In this document: positions 41,265-54,849 of the stretch, in pieces
Numbering within the stretch: the stretch's first letter is position 1
How the letters are laid out: each line of letters opens with the position of its first letter
Assembly: GCA_951406725.2 (NCBI GenBank)
Contig: OX597825.1
Span: 44,020,001 to 44,084,000 of the forward strand
DNA from: Octopus vulgaris
Lineage: Eukaryota
Direction of reading: 5' to 3'
Length of the DNA stretch: 64,000 bases
Translations under genes and position numbers: made by a program
The notes under the pieces: generated by a model
Seen by the model: the letters and a program-made list of their open reading frames with translations, nothing else
Told to the model about the DNA's origin: nothing
Database searches by the model: none

Positions 41265-41354
41265 GTTTCAGTCACTAAGGCTTTGAATAGATTTGTCTTT
41301 GCAGATGGAAGCTATCATTAACTTTTAGCCTTTTGGGTTTTTTTAAAAATATTC

Positions 41355-41718
41355 TTTTATATGTTTCAGTCATTTGACTGTGGCCATGCACTGCCTTTAG
41401 TTAAACAAATCGACTCCAGGATTTATTCTTTGTAAGCCTAGTACTTATTCTATCAGTTCCTTTTGCTGAATCGCTAAGTTACAGGGACATAAACACACCA
41501 ACATCGATTGTTAAGCGATGGTGGTGAGACAAACATGTATATATATATATATACGACAAGCTTCTTTCAGTTTTCTTTTACCAAATCCACTCACAAGGAT
41601 TTGGTCAGCTCGAGGCTATAATAGAAGGCACTTGCCCAAGGTGTCATGCAGTGAGACTGAACCCGGAACCATGTGGCTGGTAAGCAAGCTACTTACTACA
41701 TAGCCACTCTTGTGCCTA
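41355..41718 (-). mobile_element. Near-complete SINE (tRNA-like head plus family B 3' part)
   Basis: Head at 41718-41555, a TA run, then the family B body in reverse. Confidence 0.8.
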
Positions 41719-42718
41719 TATGACATTTTTATTTTAATACAAAATTCACTTTTATGAAATATCAACTGTGATTCAGTAAAAAATTCTTATGTATATAAGA
41801 GAGCACTAACTGAAAGGATGTGATGTATTGATAGCTATGGCACTTTAATTTTTAACAGTTCATTGTTACTACCAGTTAGAAGGTACCAGTGAGTAGTTTA
41901 GTTCACTGACAATTTTAAGATTAATTACTGATTCATTGGTTTAGTGCTGAGTTCCAACTAAACTTGCAAGGAAAGATACAAGTGATAAATTCCTGGTCCA
42001 TCTAGAGATAGGTGCATTTCTCTTTCATTTACTCTACAGAAAGTGAAAAATTGGTACTACACCTGTGGATTTCAGAGAGTCACTCTAAGGAATAATAAGT
42101 AAATTAATTTCTCACAAAGTCTTATTTAACTAATCTCAGAAGGACGAAAGGCAAAGCTGACCTTAGTGAGATTTGAACTTGAAGCACGAAGGACCCAACT
42201 AAATACTACAAAGAATTTTGTCTGACACTCTATGAGTTCTGCCAACATATTGCCATATTATTACTACTTGTAATAATAATATTTAATGATAATTAAAATA
42301 AATTGTGTGAAGATGAAATTATTTTCTACAACAACAATATCTTGATAGTGGGCAAGGTATATAATTTTGTTAAGCAATAGGTGTTATAGCTATTGTATAT
42401 TTGAATGGTATGTATGGGGTAGAGGATATCCATATTGCTCTAAAAGCAGTTGCATCACAAAATATCAAAATGATAGCATGAAAAATAAATGTGAAACTGT
42501 CACGCAAAATAATAAGTATTAAAATAAACCTAAAATACCGGATGAGAGTGGCTGTGAGTAAAATGACCATCTAATGGGCAGAAGTGCCATTATTTAAAAC
42601 TTCTGTGGAAATTCTGAAATGAACTTGCTATGAGACATGAAATATTTCATTTACATTATTGAACATTTGTTTTCTATTCTCTTTCAAATATTTTTTTTCT
42701 TTTATAATTTTCTTCAAG

Positions 42719-43502
42719 AATGGGAATTCAGAATTCAAAGAAGAAGAAGGAGAAAAAATGGAAGAAATATACAGATATTGGTCCTTCTCCAGGACTTACC
42801 TATGATGGTCTACAGACACCTTGGCATCACCTACAGGGCATGAAAGGACTGCCAACAAGGTCTATAGTCAATAGCCCCAAATATTATTATAGTGACTTTA
42901 ATGTTGCAATGAATACACCAAACACCATGCCACCAATGAACACCAAATGCAGTGCTCCTCCCTCTGTGTACAGAGGAGGTGCTGGCTCCTGGCCACCATC
43001 ATTAGGGGAGCTCAGCTCCGACAACTACCTTAAGATAAATCTTGACAATCATCCTGATGTAACTAAGTTACAGAATGAGCAAAATGCTCGTCGGGAAAAT
43101 ATGGAGCAGAGAATCAACAAGATTCGAACCAGTGCCATCCAAGCTGCTGAGAGACGCAAATTTGCTGAAATGTTCAAAGCTGTGCCAAAAGAAACACAAA
43201 CCAGTGCATGTACATCACACCTTCTACAAGAGACAAGCTTAGCATTAAGCAACTTGTCAACAAATCCATCACCCAATCCTGTGAGAAGCATCAACAGTAA
43301 CAACAGCAGCAACAAGAGTGCAAGAGGTTCTGGCTGTCGAATATTCTCATCTAGATCAAAAATATCAGCAGCATCTCATCACATGGACAATGATGATGAT
43401 GACAAAGGGGAAATAATTCCTGTACAAATTCTCAGTGAAGGCCAGAAACCTCCCCTGAACAAAGATCAGATTACTTTTGGATCATTAAGATTCAGTGAGT
43501 AG
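42719..43502 (+). CDS. Large coding exon of an unidentified host gene (260 codons, non-TE)
   Basis: Long polypyrimidine tract plus aag acceptor; uninterrupted frame with a basic KKKKEKKWKK patch, a helical-looking segment and Ser/Asn-rich region. Ends at TAG 43500-43502 or at the donor a|gtgagt at 43495. Confidence 0.75.
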
Positions 43503-43644
43503 CAAACAGTTTTGTTGATTATGTCTTTTTTATAATTTTACTTCATCTCTGACATTGTTTTCTACTTTTGTCTCTCAATATGTATGTGCATATGTGTGTG
43601 TGTGTGGATTTGTGGGTGTGCGTGCACATACATGTGTATATATA

Positions 43645-44462
43645 TCATCTCTCTGTGAGGAGTAGAGCTTCAGCTCTTTTAGCCTCTTGCAGTAGCTTAT
43701 CTGTTTCACCAAGGCAATCATCTTTTTGTAGTAGCACTGGATTGCCTCAAGTTCTGCCACCAGTTTGACACTCTGCAGTGACCACAATTGGGAGCAGCCA
43801 TCTAGATGACTGGGAATGAAAGTTCTGCTTAAGAGTAATATGGTATACTTTTTTACTAGTTCTGAATTATCTCAGAGTACATCAAGCTACTGCTCTGCAC
43901 AGTGTTACCATCTTGGTAATATACACATGGAACATTGCATCATTATTTATGTGGGTTCTCAGATCATGCATCAATTCTGACACTGGGATTGCACTACCCC
44001 CTACTCATGTGTATTCTGACTGTAGTTTGTTGTGGGCTGATAGTAGAGTGCTTCAAGCATTAAACGGTATGTTATTTCCATTAGTCCATTTGTGTGCTGT
44101 ATGCTGTTCTTTTTGCAGTTTTAGTATGTTATCAGGGCCCTTGAATGCCTTTGATACTTTTGTATCCTCAGCATAGCTGATGAGAGTGACTGACTGTATG
44201 GCTGAGAGCATGTCTGAGAGAGCCATCATGGATAGTAGTGTTCCCAGTACAGTTCCTTGAAGGACTCTGATGCAGATTGATGTCTTCCAAGAGGTCACTC
44301 AGTTTTTGACATATTCCATGATCAACTTTGTCAAATCACTTGGCAAAATCAATATATATCTCATCTACATTTGAGTGGTTGAGCTGTTGTTTCAGCACCC
44401 AGTCATAATGTTGTATTATCTGTGAGGCAACTCCTCCTAAGACAAACAGCTTCTCCCTGGAT
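43645..44462 (-). mobile_element. Old decayed copy of the CR1/L2-group LINE
   Basis: [63 protein letters not shown]. Confidence 0.88.
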
Positions 44463-44618
44463 ATGGATGTAAACAAATGTATACATTCATTAGTATATGT
44501 CTGTGGATGTGTTTTTATATGTATGTATATATAGCTTGTATCTGTATGTGCATGTGTACATGCATGCATGCATGCATCCATCCATCCATCCATCCATGCA
44601 TACATACACACACACACA

Positions 44619-44656
<38 letters not shown>

Positions 44657-44817
44657 TACTAGAGCCAGCACTGAAGGTTTTGTTTTGTATATGAATACCT
44701 CTATGTAAACTATGCAATCAAAAATCTGCAGAGATAACTTTTAAAAGTAATTGAATTGCACTGCTAACATGGTAGGACAGTGTTGACTTATGAAACCTTT
44801 AATATACCTCTTAGTAT

Positions 44818-45140
44818 ATGAGGGTCAGCTGAAAAGATCATAAACTCACCTAGATACTCTCATGGAGTATCTTTAACATAGTCCCTCTTGTGGTCCACAC
44901 AGTTCTTCTATCTGTGTTGCAGTGCTTGGATACCGTTGGTAAAGAAGTTTCCATCCTGTTAGTAAAAAAAAGTCATCAACAACAGATATGATATCATCGT
45001 CATCATCATCACTGCAATACTAGTTCCCAGCCAAGTGTTTTTTTCATGCTGGAGAACAGATGATAGTCAGATAGAGTCAAAGCTACAGTCACTTACAGCA
45101 GCCATTGAAAGTAAGGATTTGTGTTGGAGCATTGTCCTGC
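44818..45140 (-). mobile_element. mariner transposase 3' relic with terminal repeat
   Basis: QDNA, L..SDYHLF..MKKHLAG, FFTNGIQALQHR..CVD...DYV; end tatgagggtcagctgaaaag. Confidence 0.7.
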
Positions 45141-45262
45141 CATAGTAGCCATGCCAAAGTAGACATTGGTACCTGGTACAGTCCTCTGGCTTGTTGGTTC
45201 CTGTTAAGCCGTTCAGCATATGCTAGCATGGAAAATGGCTGTTAAATGATGATGATGATATA

Positions 45263-45306
<44 letters not shown>

Positions 45307-46478
45307 CATAGACATGACAGAAGTAAATAGACACCCTTATAATCGTTAAAATTTATTTAAATCTGAAATTTTACATTCAAATTATTTATTAATTATCATA
45401 ATATAAATATCTAATATTTACTAGACATTTGCTTTGCATTTTTTCAATGCAAAGACCCTATTAGGCATGCTACTGATCAGATGACGAATATTCTTTTGAA
45501 TTTCTTGCCAAATTTCATGGAGTAATCTCAAAAGATCTGGCTTTGAGGATGCTTTCTTTTTCTTTTCATGAAGTATTCTGACCATTATTCCCCAGAGATG
45601 CTCAACAGAGTTCATATCTGGTGACTAGCTTGGCCATGGAGGCTTTTTAATGCCATTCTCTTCCAACCAGTCTTGGGTCTCTTTAGCCATGTGACAAGGA
45701 ATCATATTTTCCATAAATAAAGAGTTTTCTTTTATCTACTGGATTTTTCACTACTGGAGAAAATTAAAAGGAGTCCTTTCTGCAATATGGACACATATTT
45801 ATCTGAGTTTATGTTTCCTTCACATTCCACCAGCTCTGATTGACCATTGCTCCAAATTGCTCCCCAGACATCACAAAATAGCTGCTGTGTTTCATTGTTG
45901 ACTGCAATCTTTTCACATCAAATTCTTGATCACAGAGTCTCCAGACCCACACTTGACCACAGTCAAGAAATACAGCAAATCCAGACTCATCAGAGAATAT
46001 GACAATGTCCCAAAATGCTAGTGGCCTTTCCATCGTCTCACTGGCCCGATCTTTTCTCCATTTGATATGGGTTGGTCAATATAGTAGCCAAGTTTGTGGA
46101 GATACCTGACAGCTGCTCTGTGATTGAGATCAACTGCTCTGTCAGAGACTCTGCAATGCAGATTATCTTCTTAACGAAGCGAAGAGTCCTGTCAGAGGGC
46201 TATAGTTGACCTGGGCAAGGTGATGTAGATTCCTTCCCCTCTCTGATAAATTGCACAATCACTCTGTTAACTATAGAAAGCAGGATCCCAAGATTTTCTG
46301 CGATTTTATGCTAAATCCACCTTCAGATTGCCCCACAATACTGCCTGTTTGAAATTCTGGAAATTCCAAGGCTTCTTTTGTATGTGACATGATTAAGCAG
46401 ATACAGTTAGAACATAAAAATGTCAATTAATAAAAACAATGTATTATGAGGTGTCTATTTACTTCTGTCATATCTGTG
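45307..46478 (-). mobile_element. Decayed Tc1-like DNA transposon with both TIRs
   Basis: ~29-bp TIRs catagacatgacagaagtaaatagacacc and ggtgtctatttacttctgtcatatctgtg; W..VIFSDES.F, CH.AK.T..WL, WP..SPDMN.VEHLWG. Confidence 0.92.
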
Positions 46479-46479
46479 T

Positions 46480-46520
<41 letters not shown>

Positions 46521-46624
46521 AGTACATAAATGCAAAACAAGGTCGGAAAAGAATACTTAAGGTAGAGTAATATGCTTTTTATTAAAGGTGCAATTTTGTG
46601 AAGATTTTGCAGCTTTGATAAAAA

Positions 46625-46669
<45 letters not shown>

Positions 46670-46674
<5 letters not shown>

Positions 46675-46880
46675 TCAAATTTTGGCACAAGGCCAGCAAT
46701 TTCGTGGGAGGGGCTAAGTCGTTTAAATTGACCCTAGTTCTCAACTGGTACTTATTTTATCAACCCCAAAAGGATAAAAGGTAAAGTCAATCCCTTTGGC
46801 ATTTCAACCCAGAATATAATGACAAACAAAATACCACTAAGCACTTTGCCTGACATGCTAACAATTCTGCTGCCTCATCT
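46670..46880 (-). mobile_element. SINE family C copy
   Basis: tttcaaattttggcacaaggccagcaattt...caactggtacttattttatc.acccc.aaaggat. Similar relics at 40395-40550 (+) and 42120-42255 (-). Confidence 0.75.
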
Positions 46881-47059
46881 TATATACATATTGAGATGTG
46901 TTGAGGAAGGTTTATGTAATGGATGCATTTCCTATTATATATTAGGCAAACCTGATGCATACATATTAAGTGATTTCAAAATATCACTATTTGGTTTGAC
47001 TTCATTATTACATCTTATTTATGTATATGTTTATGTGTATATTTATACACGCATGTATA

Positions 47060-48225
47060 TATCATCATCATTTAATGTCCATTTTCCATGCTGTTATGTG
47101 AGTTGGGCAGTTCAGCAGAATCTGACAGATTTGAAGACTGCATCATGTCCCAATGTTGGCTTTGGTACTGTTTCTACAGATGGATATCCCTCCTAACCAC
47201 AGCAATTATGGACAGTTTACGGGGTGTTTTTTCTTGGCAACAGCACTAGTAAGTTCTTCCTGCAGCTTATAATTGAGTGGAGTTACAATAGAGAGGTAGG
47301 CAGCTTTATGCAAGGAGATGAGAGGTTAAAGGATAAGAAATAGCAGTTTTCTTGATATAAGGTGCTACATGTCTATAAAGGAGTGTTGGAGAGTAACTCA
47401 GCTGGACCCAGCAAAACAGCTAAAACAGTGGTGATAAAGTTTTAGGATGGACCTTCAAGGTACACAAAGGTATCAATGTCTACCTTGGCATGGTTTCTAC
47501 TGAAGAAAGAGGAGTGTGGATGAGTAGAGGCTGCAAAAGTGTATGGGGAAAAGTGAGTGAAGGTTAGAAATGAGGAATGGCTGAAGTGGTTATTATAATG
47601 AATGAGGGGTAACCTAATAAATATGTGTTGAATGAAAAATAGTGGGCAAAAAGTGGAAAATGAATGTCTTAAGTTTTGAGATAGTTCTCAGTTGTGTATA
47701 TCAACATCCAGGTCCTTTAACATCTCTTGTGTGAAATTCAAAGTCCTGAGATCAGCCTTCACTACTTCATCCTATGTCTTCTTGGGTTACCTATTCCACA
47801 AGTGCCATCTATATTAAGGGATTAGTACTGCTTTATACAGCTGTCCTCATCTATATGTATTTTATGTCCCTTCTAACATAGTACATCTGCTTCCTCTTAT
47901 GTCTAGTTTCTTTTCAACACATTTATACTTTGCTATTCATCTACACTTATTGTGTACAAGAGAACATGCTAGCTTCATTTCTTTCCAGTTTTCTCAAGTT
48001 CTCTGCTTCCAAGGCCCATGTCACACTACCATGACATAATTGCAGTCCATAAACAAGCTCACACAATGTATCTTTCAATCTTGAGAGACAAACCATTTGT
48101 GATCAACAGAGGTAACAGATCTCTGAATGTTCTTCAGCTTATTCTTATTCTAGCAACTATACTTTCAGAACAGCCTCCTCTACTGCTGATTAGGTCATTG
48201 AGATAACAGAAGCTATCTTCTACGT
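47060..48225 (-). mobile_element. Decayed RTE LINE 3' end: ORF2 C-terminus, pyrimidine-rich segment, family A-like tail
   Basis: EASM, GTCG.G.PRR..DEVVKADLRTLN-like motifs at 47700-48200; tail (cat)n-ttaatgtcc.ttttccatgctg at 47060. Confidence 0.7.
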
Positions 48226-48419
48226 CTAGGGATCTTTCTGGGCATTTGAGAAAAGTTATTTCCTACACACTCTTAGTGTCTATTTCACTTTGTTTATTGT
48301 CCCTCTTGTATGTCCATATTTTGCATTAGGCACATAGTATGAAATTTCTACCTAATCCTTTTCCATGTATGAAGTAAAACCATTTTTCTGATAGAATTTT
48401 TTTGAGAAAATCTAATAAG

Positions 48420-50550
48420 ATTGCAATATGTTTGGAGTTGCCACCTTGGCTGAGAATATTCAGACTCACTCATCCTTCTGCATGTCTTGTAAACAAATTG
48501 CACATGCAAATGCTACCAGTCAAGAACAACGCATACCGGAAGCCAACAAATGTATGGGGTCATCAGGAGAGAATGCATGCTGTTTCTGGGCCCACCTCTC
48601 GGCAGCGTCAATGCACACCGCCCCACCTCACTGATATGAGCCCCTGCTTGCTAGATCAACTGGTTATTAAATATAGCTCAATATTCTTCTAGCCATTGCT
48701 CATCGTCTCTTTTTAACCAAATCCAGTAACTAGCCTTTTCCACTGTAGTTTGGATATCGGTCATGGTGGTATTTACTTTACGATGATTTGTGCCCAGCGA
48801 TAACAACAGTCATGTCGGATGTAGAGCAAACCCTCTACATCCGACTTCGATTGGAAAATGCTCCACTTTCCAGCCTGCGTTTTCACATTCCTGGAGGAGG
48901 TTTACATAACGCTCAATCTTTCGAGCCCAAGTGGTGTCCATATTATCTTCATGAGGAACCGTTAACTCGACTAGATTTACAACTTTCTTTCTTTCACACC
49001 ACATCAAAATGTCTGGTTGTTTCGTAATTGGGATGGGAAAGAATCCCTGGCACCCAGGTAAATCTGCAGTCACCTCCCAATAGCCGTTCCACTTTTCATC
49101 TCTCACAGGAAGTTTCTTGATCTTCTTGAAACGGATCTGCTGACCTGATTGCACGAAGATAATGAAATCTCTAGATGGTACTTTTAACCATTTTTTTTTT
49201 TTCAGTGTTGTTGAGATGAATTTAGTTCTTTATAGCATTGAAGATAACCTTAAGGACCAAGTTGTGCCTCCATGTATACCTGTTCAATGCTAATGAACAG
49301 TTGGAAAGAATATGTTTCAGTGTACTGACCCTTCCACATTTGCAGATGTCATTCTCTGAGACGTTCTATCTTACTAGATTCGTAGGTGATGGCAAAACAT
49401 CATAAGATGAACAAATCAGGAAACTCAGCCAAGATGTCATCCACTTCTATATCTCATCCCAACTTATCTTCCTCTCAACAACATGTTCTTCCCATCTCGT
49501 CATTTGACCTTGATGAAAACATCGGATCAAATGAAGCTTTCTTCTCTCTTCTTCTCTCGTTTTGACGCTGTTGCTAACAACAGATCTGCGTTCACTCCGC
49601 ATCATGCTTGCAAACAGTCTGAACTGATCTGTGCCAAAACCAAGTCTTTTCCGATGGTTCTGCGTTGCTCCCACCATATCTCTGTGTATAAGAGAAGACA
49701 AGATGTCGTCAGTCTCTGCTTCTGCTTTCCACTTCCTGGCTGTTTTCATCTCTGGTGGGTTATGCCTGATTTCCATATCCTTCAATTCTCTCAGCATCAT
49801 CACTGTCCGTATCTTCTCCAGTTTATATATTTCAACTATTGACGCTAGTGGTAGCTGCAACAAACCTCTTTTACGATAAAGCGCTGAACTGTTCAACATA
49901 CGAGGTAGGCCTAGCCACTTTCTAATGAACACATTACATTTTTGTTCAATGATTTCAACTCATGACAGTGCTACCTCGTATATTAAAAGTGGCCACGCAA
50001 GTTGCGGGTACAAGCCGAACTGCAAGCATCAAATTTTATAGTTACCTGTTAACTTTGAGTTATCAATTGCTGATAATCCAGCCTCGGCCTGTTTCATAAT
50101 TTCCATCCCGCGACTTCTGTCTGACAATGTTCCAGCATATACTCGTCCCAAGCTCTTGACGGGCTCTTCCTTGACTGTTGGAATGCTTTCTTCAGATATC
50201 TGAAACTTAAATTCTTTCTGCACTCCCTTAACAAATGTCAGACTATGCCACTCTTTTGCTCTAAATCGCATTCTTGACCACCTCACAAGTTCGTCTAATC
50301 TCAAGAGGGCATTCTGCATGATTTGTTTATCTATAGCTAGAAGTGTCATGTCATACATGAAGGCTTTCTTAGGCGATTGTATGTGGGCGATTTGTTCTGA
50401 AAAATCTACAGCTTTCAAAATCATCTCCATGACTAAGATAAACCTCGTGACAGATATTGTACAGCCAACAGCAATGTCAATCTCCAGTTGGTGCCAATCA
50501 GTTGTAAAATCTCCAGCTGTAAACCTAATTTCGAAACTGTCATAGTACAT
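48420..50550 (-). mobile_element. 5'-truncated HERO-like (R2-group) LINE
   Basis: GCTIS...FIL.ME, AFM(Y)D.T, VKSLG, IRKWLGLPR.L.S.ALY, HILSNC..AL.RYTWRH, PDILMW....LVELTVP.E......K.ERY, FPIEVGCRGF. Confidence 0.9.
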
Positions 50551-50779
50551 CCCATTAAAAGTATTTCTTGGTTTATTATAATTTTCAAGAGTTCCCTCCC
50601 TTGCCTAATCTAAGACCAGTTTTCTCATTAATGCTATTCTTTTTCTCACTATGGTTGTAATTCAATGATATAAAAATAAATTTTCACTGATCCCTCATTT
50701 ATGGCTTCCAGAACTCAGCATATTCTATTTCCATTAAATCTCTAGCAATAAATATATATATATGTAAATATATACGTAT

Positions 50780-50975
50780 ATAGTGAGAATTTACAAAAAA
50801 ACAAAAGATGAAGACAGGTGGTATAGAAAACAAACAGATGTATTAGTTTAATGCTCGGGAAGTGAAAAAGTCTTTTATGTTTTGAGCCTACGCTCTTCCA
50901 CAGAAAAGAACACAAAAATAAACAGGGAGAGAAAATAGAAAAAAGGTTTAGCGGCTAGCGATCTATCATGGCGAA
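50780..50975 (-). mobile_element. Solo Penelope-type terminal segment
   Basis: Reverse complement resembles 28900-29100; flanked by TA repeats. Confidence 0.65.
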
Positions 50976-51335
50976 TATATAATAGTATATACATGCATAT
51001 ATATATATAAATATGTATATATATGTATATATACGTGTATGTATATATTTATATATACGTGTGTGTGTGTATATATATAAATCTGAAAAGCTATAAATTA
51101 TAGAACTGAAAAGCTTATAATTCCAATTCTGCATATTATGCATTTATGAGCATTCAGCTGGTACTATGATCCTGTTTTTTTTTTTTATTCTTAAATATCT
51201 ATTTGAACATATCTTGAAATATATAAGAGAGATATGAAGAAAACACTTCAACCAGGCCTTCTATAAAACCCTTAAAGCCAGGAACTTTTCAACTCCACCC
51301 CCCTGTGTATGTGTGTGTTTGTATATATATATATA

Positions 51336-52225
51336 CAGTGGCGGCCAAAATGTTCAGAACGGCATTGTTTTCGTCAGAAAAGTAGATATAATTTTTTATC
51401 AAAGTTGTTTTATATTCTATAATTTTCACAGACAATAAATACAATATTATTTGTTATTGCCTGAGATTTTGGTGTTAATTTGAGAGGATAATACAAAAGT
51501 TATGGATGATTTAGTGATTTACTGCAAAACCAATGGCGGCCAAACTGATCAGAACGGTTACTTTTACTCCGTGTTTTAGTATATTCAACCGGCGAACTCT
51601 AATGTTTTGAAATTGTTTACGTGACAGTTCGTTTACTAATCATTAGTAAGAATATTTGCAGTGTACTTTGTTAATATAATGCCACTTACTCCGTTACCAA
51701 TTCGTCAGCAGATTATTAAGCTTTGAAGGAAGGATAATTTAAGTATTGGATCTACTGCAAAGATTGTTAACAAGTCAAAAAGTGTTGTAGACGGTATTCT
51801 TAAGGTCTACGATGATTGTGCTTCATGTGAAGCAAGAAAGTTTACAGGTAGGCCAAGAAAAACGACTAAGAGAGAAGATCATGCTATGGTAAAGTTGGTT
51901 AAAAAGGACAGATTTAAAACTGCTGCTGCTGTTTCTCGGAAAATGAGCATTGTATTGAAGAAAACTTTATTTCGAAAAACTGCATCTCATTGTTTAGTTG
52001 AACATGACCTACAAGCAAGAGCACCTGCAATGAAGCCACTGATCAGCTCCAAGAATAAAAAGTGTCGTCTTACTTTTGTCTTGTGGTCTCAAGAAAAATG
52101 GTAAACGGTGCATTTCAGTGATGAATCTAAGTTTATGTTATTTGGCTCAGATGGGAAAAGGTATGTTCGTAGAAAAGTAGGTGAAAAATTATCACCTAAA
52201 TGCCTTAAGACTATTGTTAAATTTA
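51336..52225 (+). mobile_element. Left half of an IR/DR-type Tc1-like transposon
   Basis: TA|cagtggcggccaaaatgttcagaacgg at 51336, repeated at 51531. Transposase from about 51680 with GRPRKTT.REDH, KPLIS.KNKKCRL.F and HFSDESKF; truncated near the TA array. Confidence 0.9.
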
Positions 52226-52246
52226 TACAATTTCTACCCTTATTCA

Positions 52247-52519
<273 letters not shown>

Positions 52520-52522
<3 letters not shown>

Positions 52523-53612
52523 TCATCATCATCATCATCATCATCGTTTAACGTCCGCTTTCCGCGCTAGCACGGGTTGGACGGTTTGACCGGGTCTGGG
52601 AAGCCAGGGGCCGCTCCAGGCTCCAGTCTGAATCTGGCAGAGTTTCTACGGTTGGATGCCCTTCCTAACGCCAACCACTCCGTGAGTGGATTGGGTGCTT
52701 TTTACGTGCCACCTGCACAGGGGCCGGAGGGTCCGGCATCGTCACGATCGGTTCGAGCATTTTAACGTGTCAGCGTCTAGAGTTGAGTTGGGGAGGGGGG
52801 GGTCCAGTTGAGGCGGGTAATATAGGGGAGCAACCAGTGGGGAAGGTTGGGGTAAGGAGGAACGATGGCAGGAAGGGTTGGTGTAGGTTCCTAAGAAATA
52901 AAAAACGTAGGATATTACGAGGCGGGAGGGTACTAAAAGGGGATGGTCGGATTGAGGCAGTGTCAGGAGGAAGCGTAAGATCGGTGGGCAGTTGATGAGC
53001 TATGGCGCTAGCAGCTTGTCTTTTCACAGTGAAAGCATATGAGGAGAAGGGGTAGTGGGGGGAGGAGGAGGGAGTAGGGCGTACCTGGTGTAGATGAGTA
53101 GGGCGTATCCGGTGTAGATGGTGAGAACAGGGTATACTGGTATTGGTGGTGGGGGTGAGAACAGTGTTCACCAGTATTGGTGGTAGCGGTGAGAACAGTG
53201 TTCACCGGTATTGGTGGTGGGGGTGAGAACAGTGTTCATCGGTATTGGTGGTGGGGGTGGGGGGCGGGCGCACCGCCAATGGCGGAAAGAAGGGAAAAGA
53301 TGGGATTACGGCTTGAGGTAGCCTAAGGTTAAATTTTGTAGAGAGAGAGATAGGAAAGATAAATCAAGTTATGGCGAAGGCTTGAAAGTAGCCTAAAAGG
53401 TTAAATTTTCGTAAATTTTCGATGGGTAAGACGAATCAAGTTATCAATGTATGAATAAACGTAGTAACAACGAATAAAAATAGTAAGATAAATTTTTAAG
53501 AACTTGCTGCGGGCATCGACCGGGAGTTGAAGAAGAAAGTAAGTTGAATTGGGAATTTAAATTGCAGAATCGTAATGGTAATGGCGATTTTCAAGTTTTA
53601 GCATAAGAAGAA
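52520..53612 (-). mobile_element. Composite unit 1: family A 3' part plus shared body with a 34-bp VNTR
   Basis: (cat)n tail; tgagaacagtgttcaccggtattggtggtggggg about four times at 53123-53260; body similar to the 54850 and 56300 units. Confidence 0.75.
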
Positions 53613-53622
53613 GAATATATAT

Positions 53623-53686
<64 letters not shown>

Positions 53687-53716
53687 ATCAAAATAAAAAC
53701 ATGATGCCAAGGATTC

Positions 53717-53796
53717 AGCGGTACATATGTTTCGGGCCTTTATTAGACAGATTTATAACAATGCATAATGTATGTCTGTGGCCTTCTTCAGCCGCT
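53717..53796 (-). ncRNA. Type I hammerhead ribozyme
   Basis: AGCGG-CUGAAGA-AGGCC...GGCCC-GAAAC-AUAU-GUA^CCGCU: perfect 5-bp stem I and palindromic stem III loop. Confidence 0.85.
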
Positions 53797-53952
53797 CACA
53801 ACAGCTTCCACAAGGACATGTGTTACATCAAAAATTCTTGGTTGGGGATGCAAATCCTCTCATTCGCGTACGACATAATGATGCAACAGCATAGAATTGA
53901 AGCGTCCATCTCTTTCTTCTCTCAATGTATAATTATCAAGTACTCACCCCGA

Positions 53953-54028
<76 letters not shown>

Positions 54029-54194
54029 AAATTCAAAATGTGATAAAATAAAATTAATTATTTTCGCTGGTGTTTCTAGCACAAGCCATATATTTTTCAT
54101 ATATAAGTACATCAAGGGAGAAGTATGTACTAGACACACAGAAGCTTGATAAATTTAGTGAAATGAAGATAAAAACTTTTACTAACTCTGTTCA

Positions 54195-54266
54195 TCTTAG
54201 ACTGCAGTTTCGCCTTTTTAGCAATAAAAATAATATTTATTTACTCAGGTAGGCTCTTCAGTAAGA
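54195..54266 (-). ncRNA. Type I hammerhead ribozyme
   Basis: UCUUA-CUGAAGA-GCCU...AGGC-GAAAC-UGCA-GUC^UAAGA: perfect stems I and II and palindromic loop. Confidence 0.88.
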
Positions 54267-54310
54267 ATCCTGTTATTATGAAGCGCAACTCGATAGACAA
54301 CATGTGCGTC

Positions 54311-54387
<77 letters not shown>

Positions 54388-54403
54388 CCATTTCCTATGG
54401 ATT

Positions 54404-54504
<101 letters not shown>

Positions 54505-54513
54505 TTATATATA

Positions 54514-54544
<31 letters not shown>

Positions 54545-54707
54545 CATGTATATATTTATATATATATATATATACATGTATATATTTATATATATATATA
54601 CATGTATATATATATTATATATATATATATATATACATGTATATATTTATATATATACATGTATATATTTATATATATACATGTATATATTTATATATAT
54701 ACATGTA

Positions 54708-54745
<38 letters not shown>

Positions 54746-54746
54746 G

Positions 54747-54835
<89 letters not shown>

Positions 54836-54849
54836 ATATATATATATAT

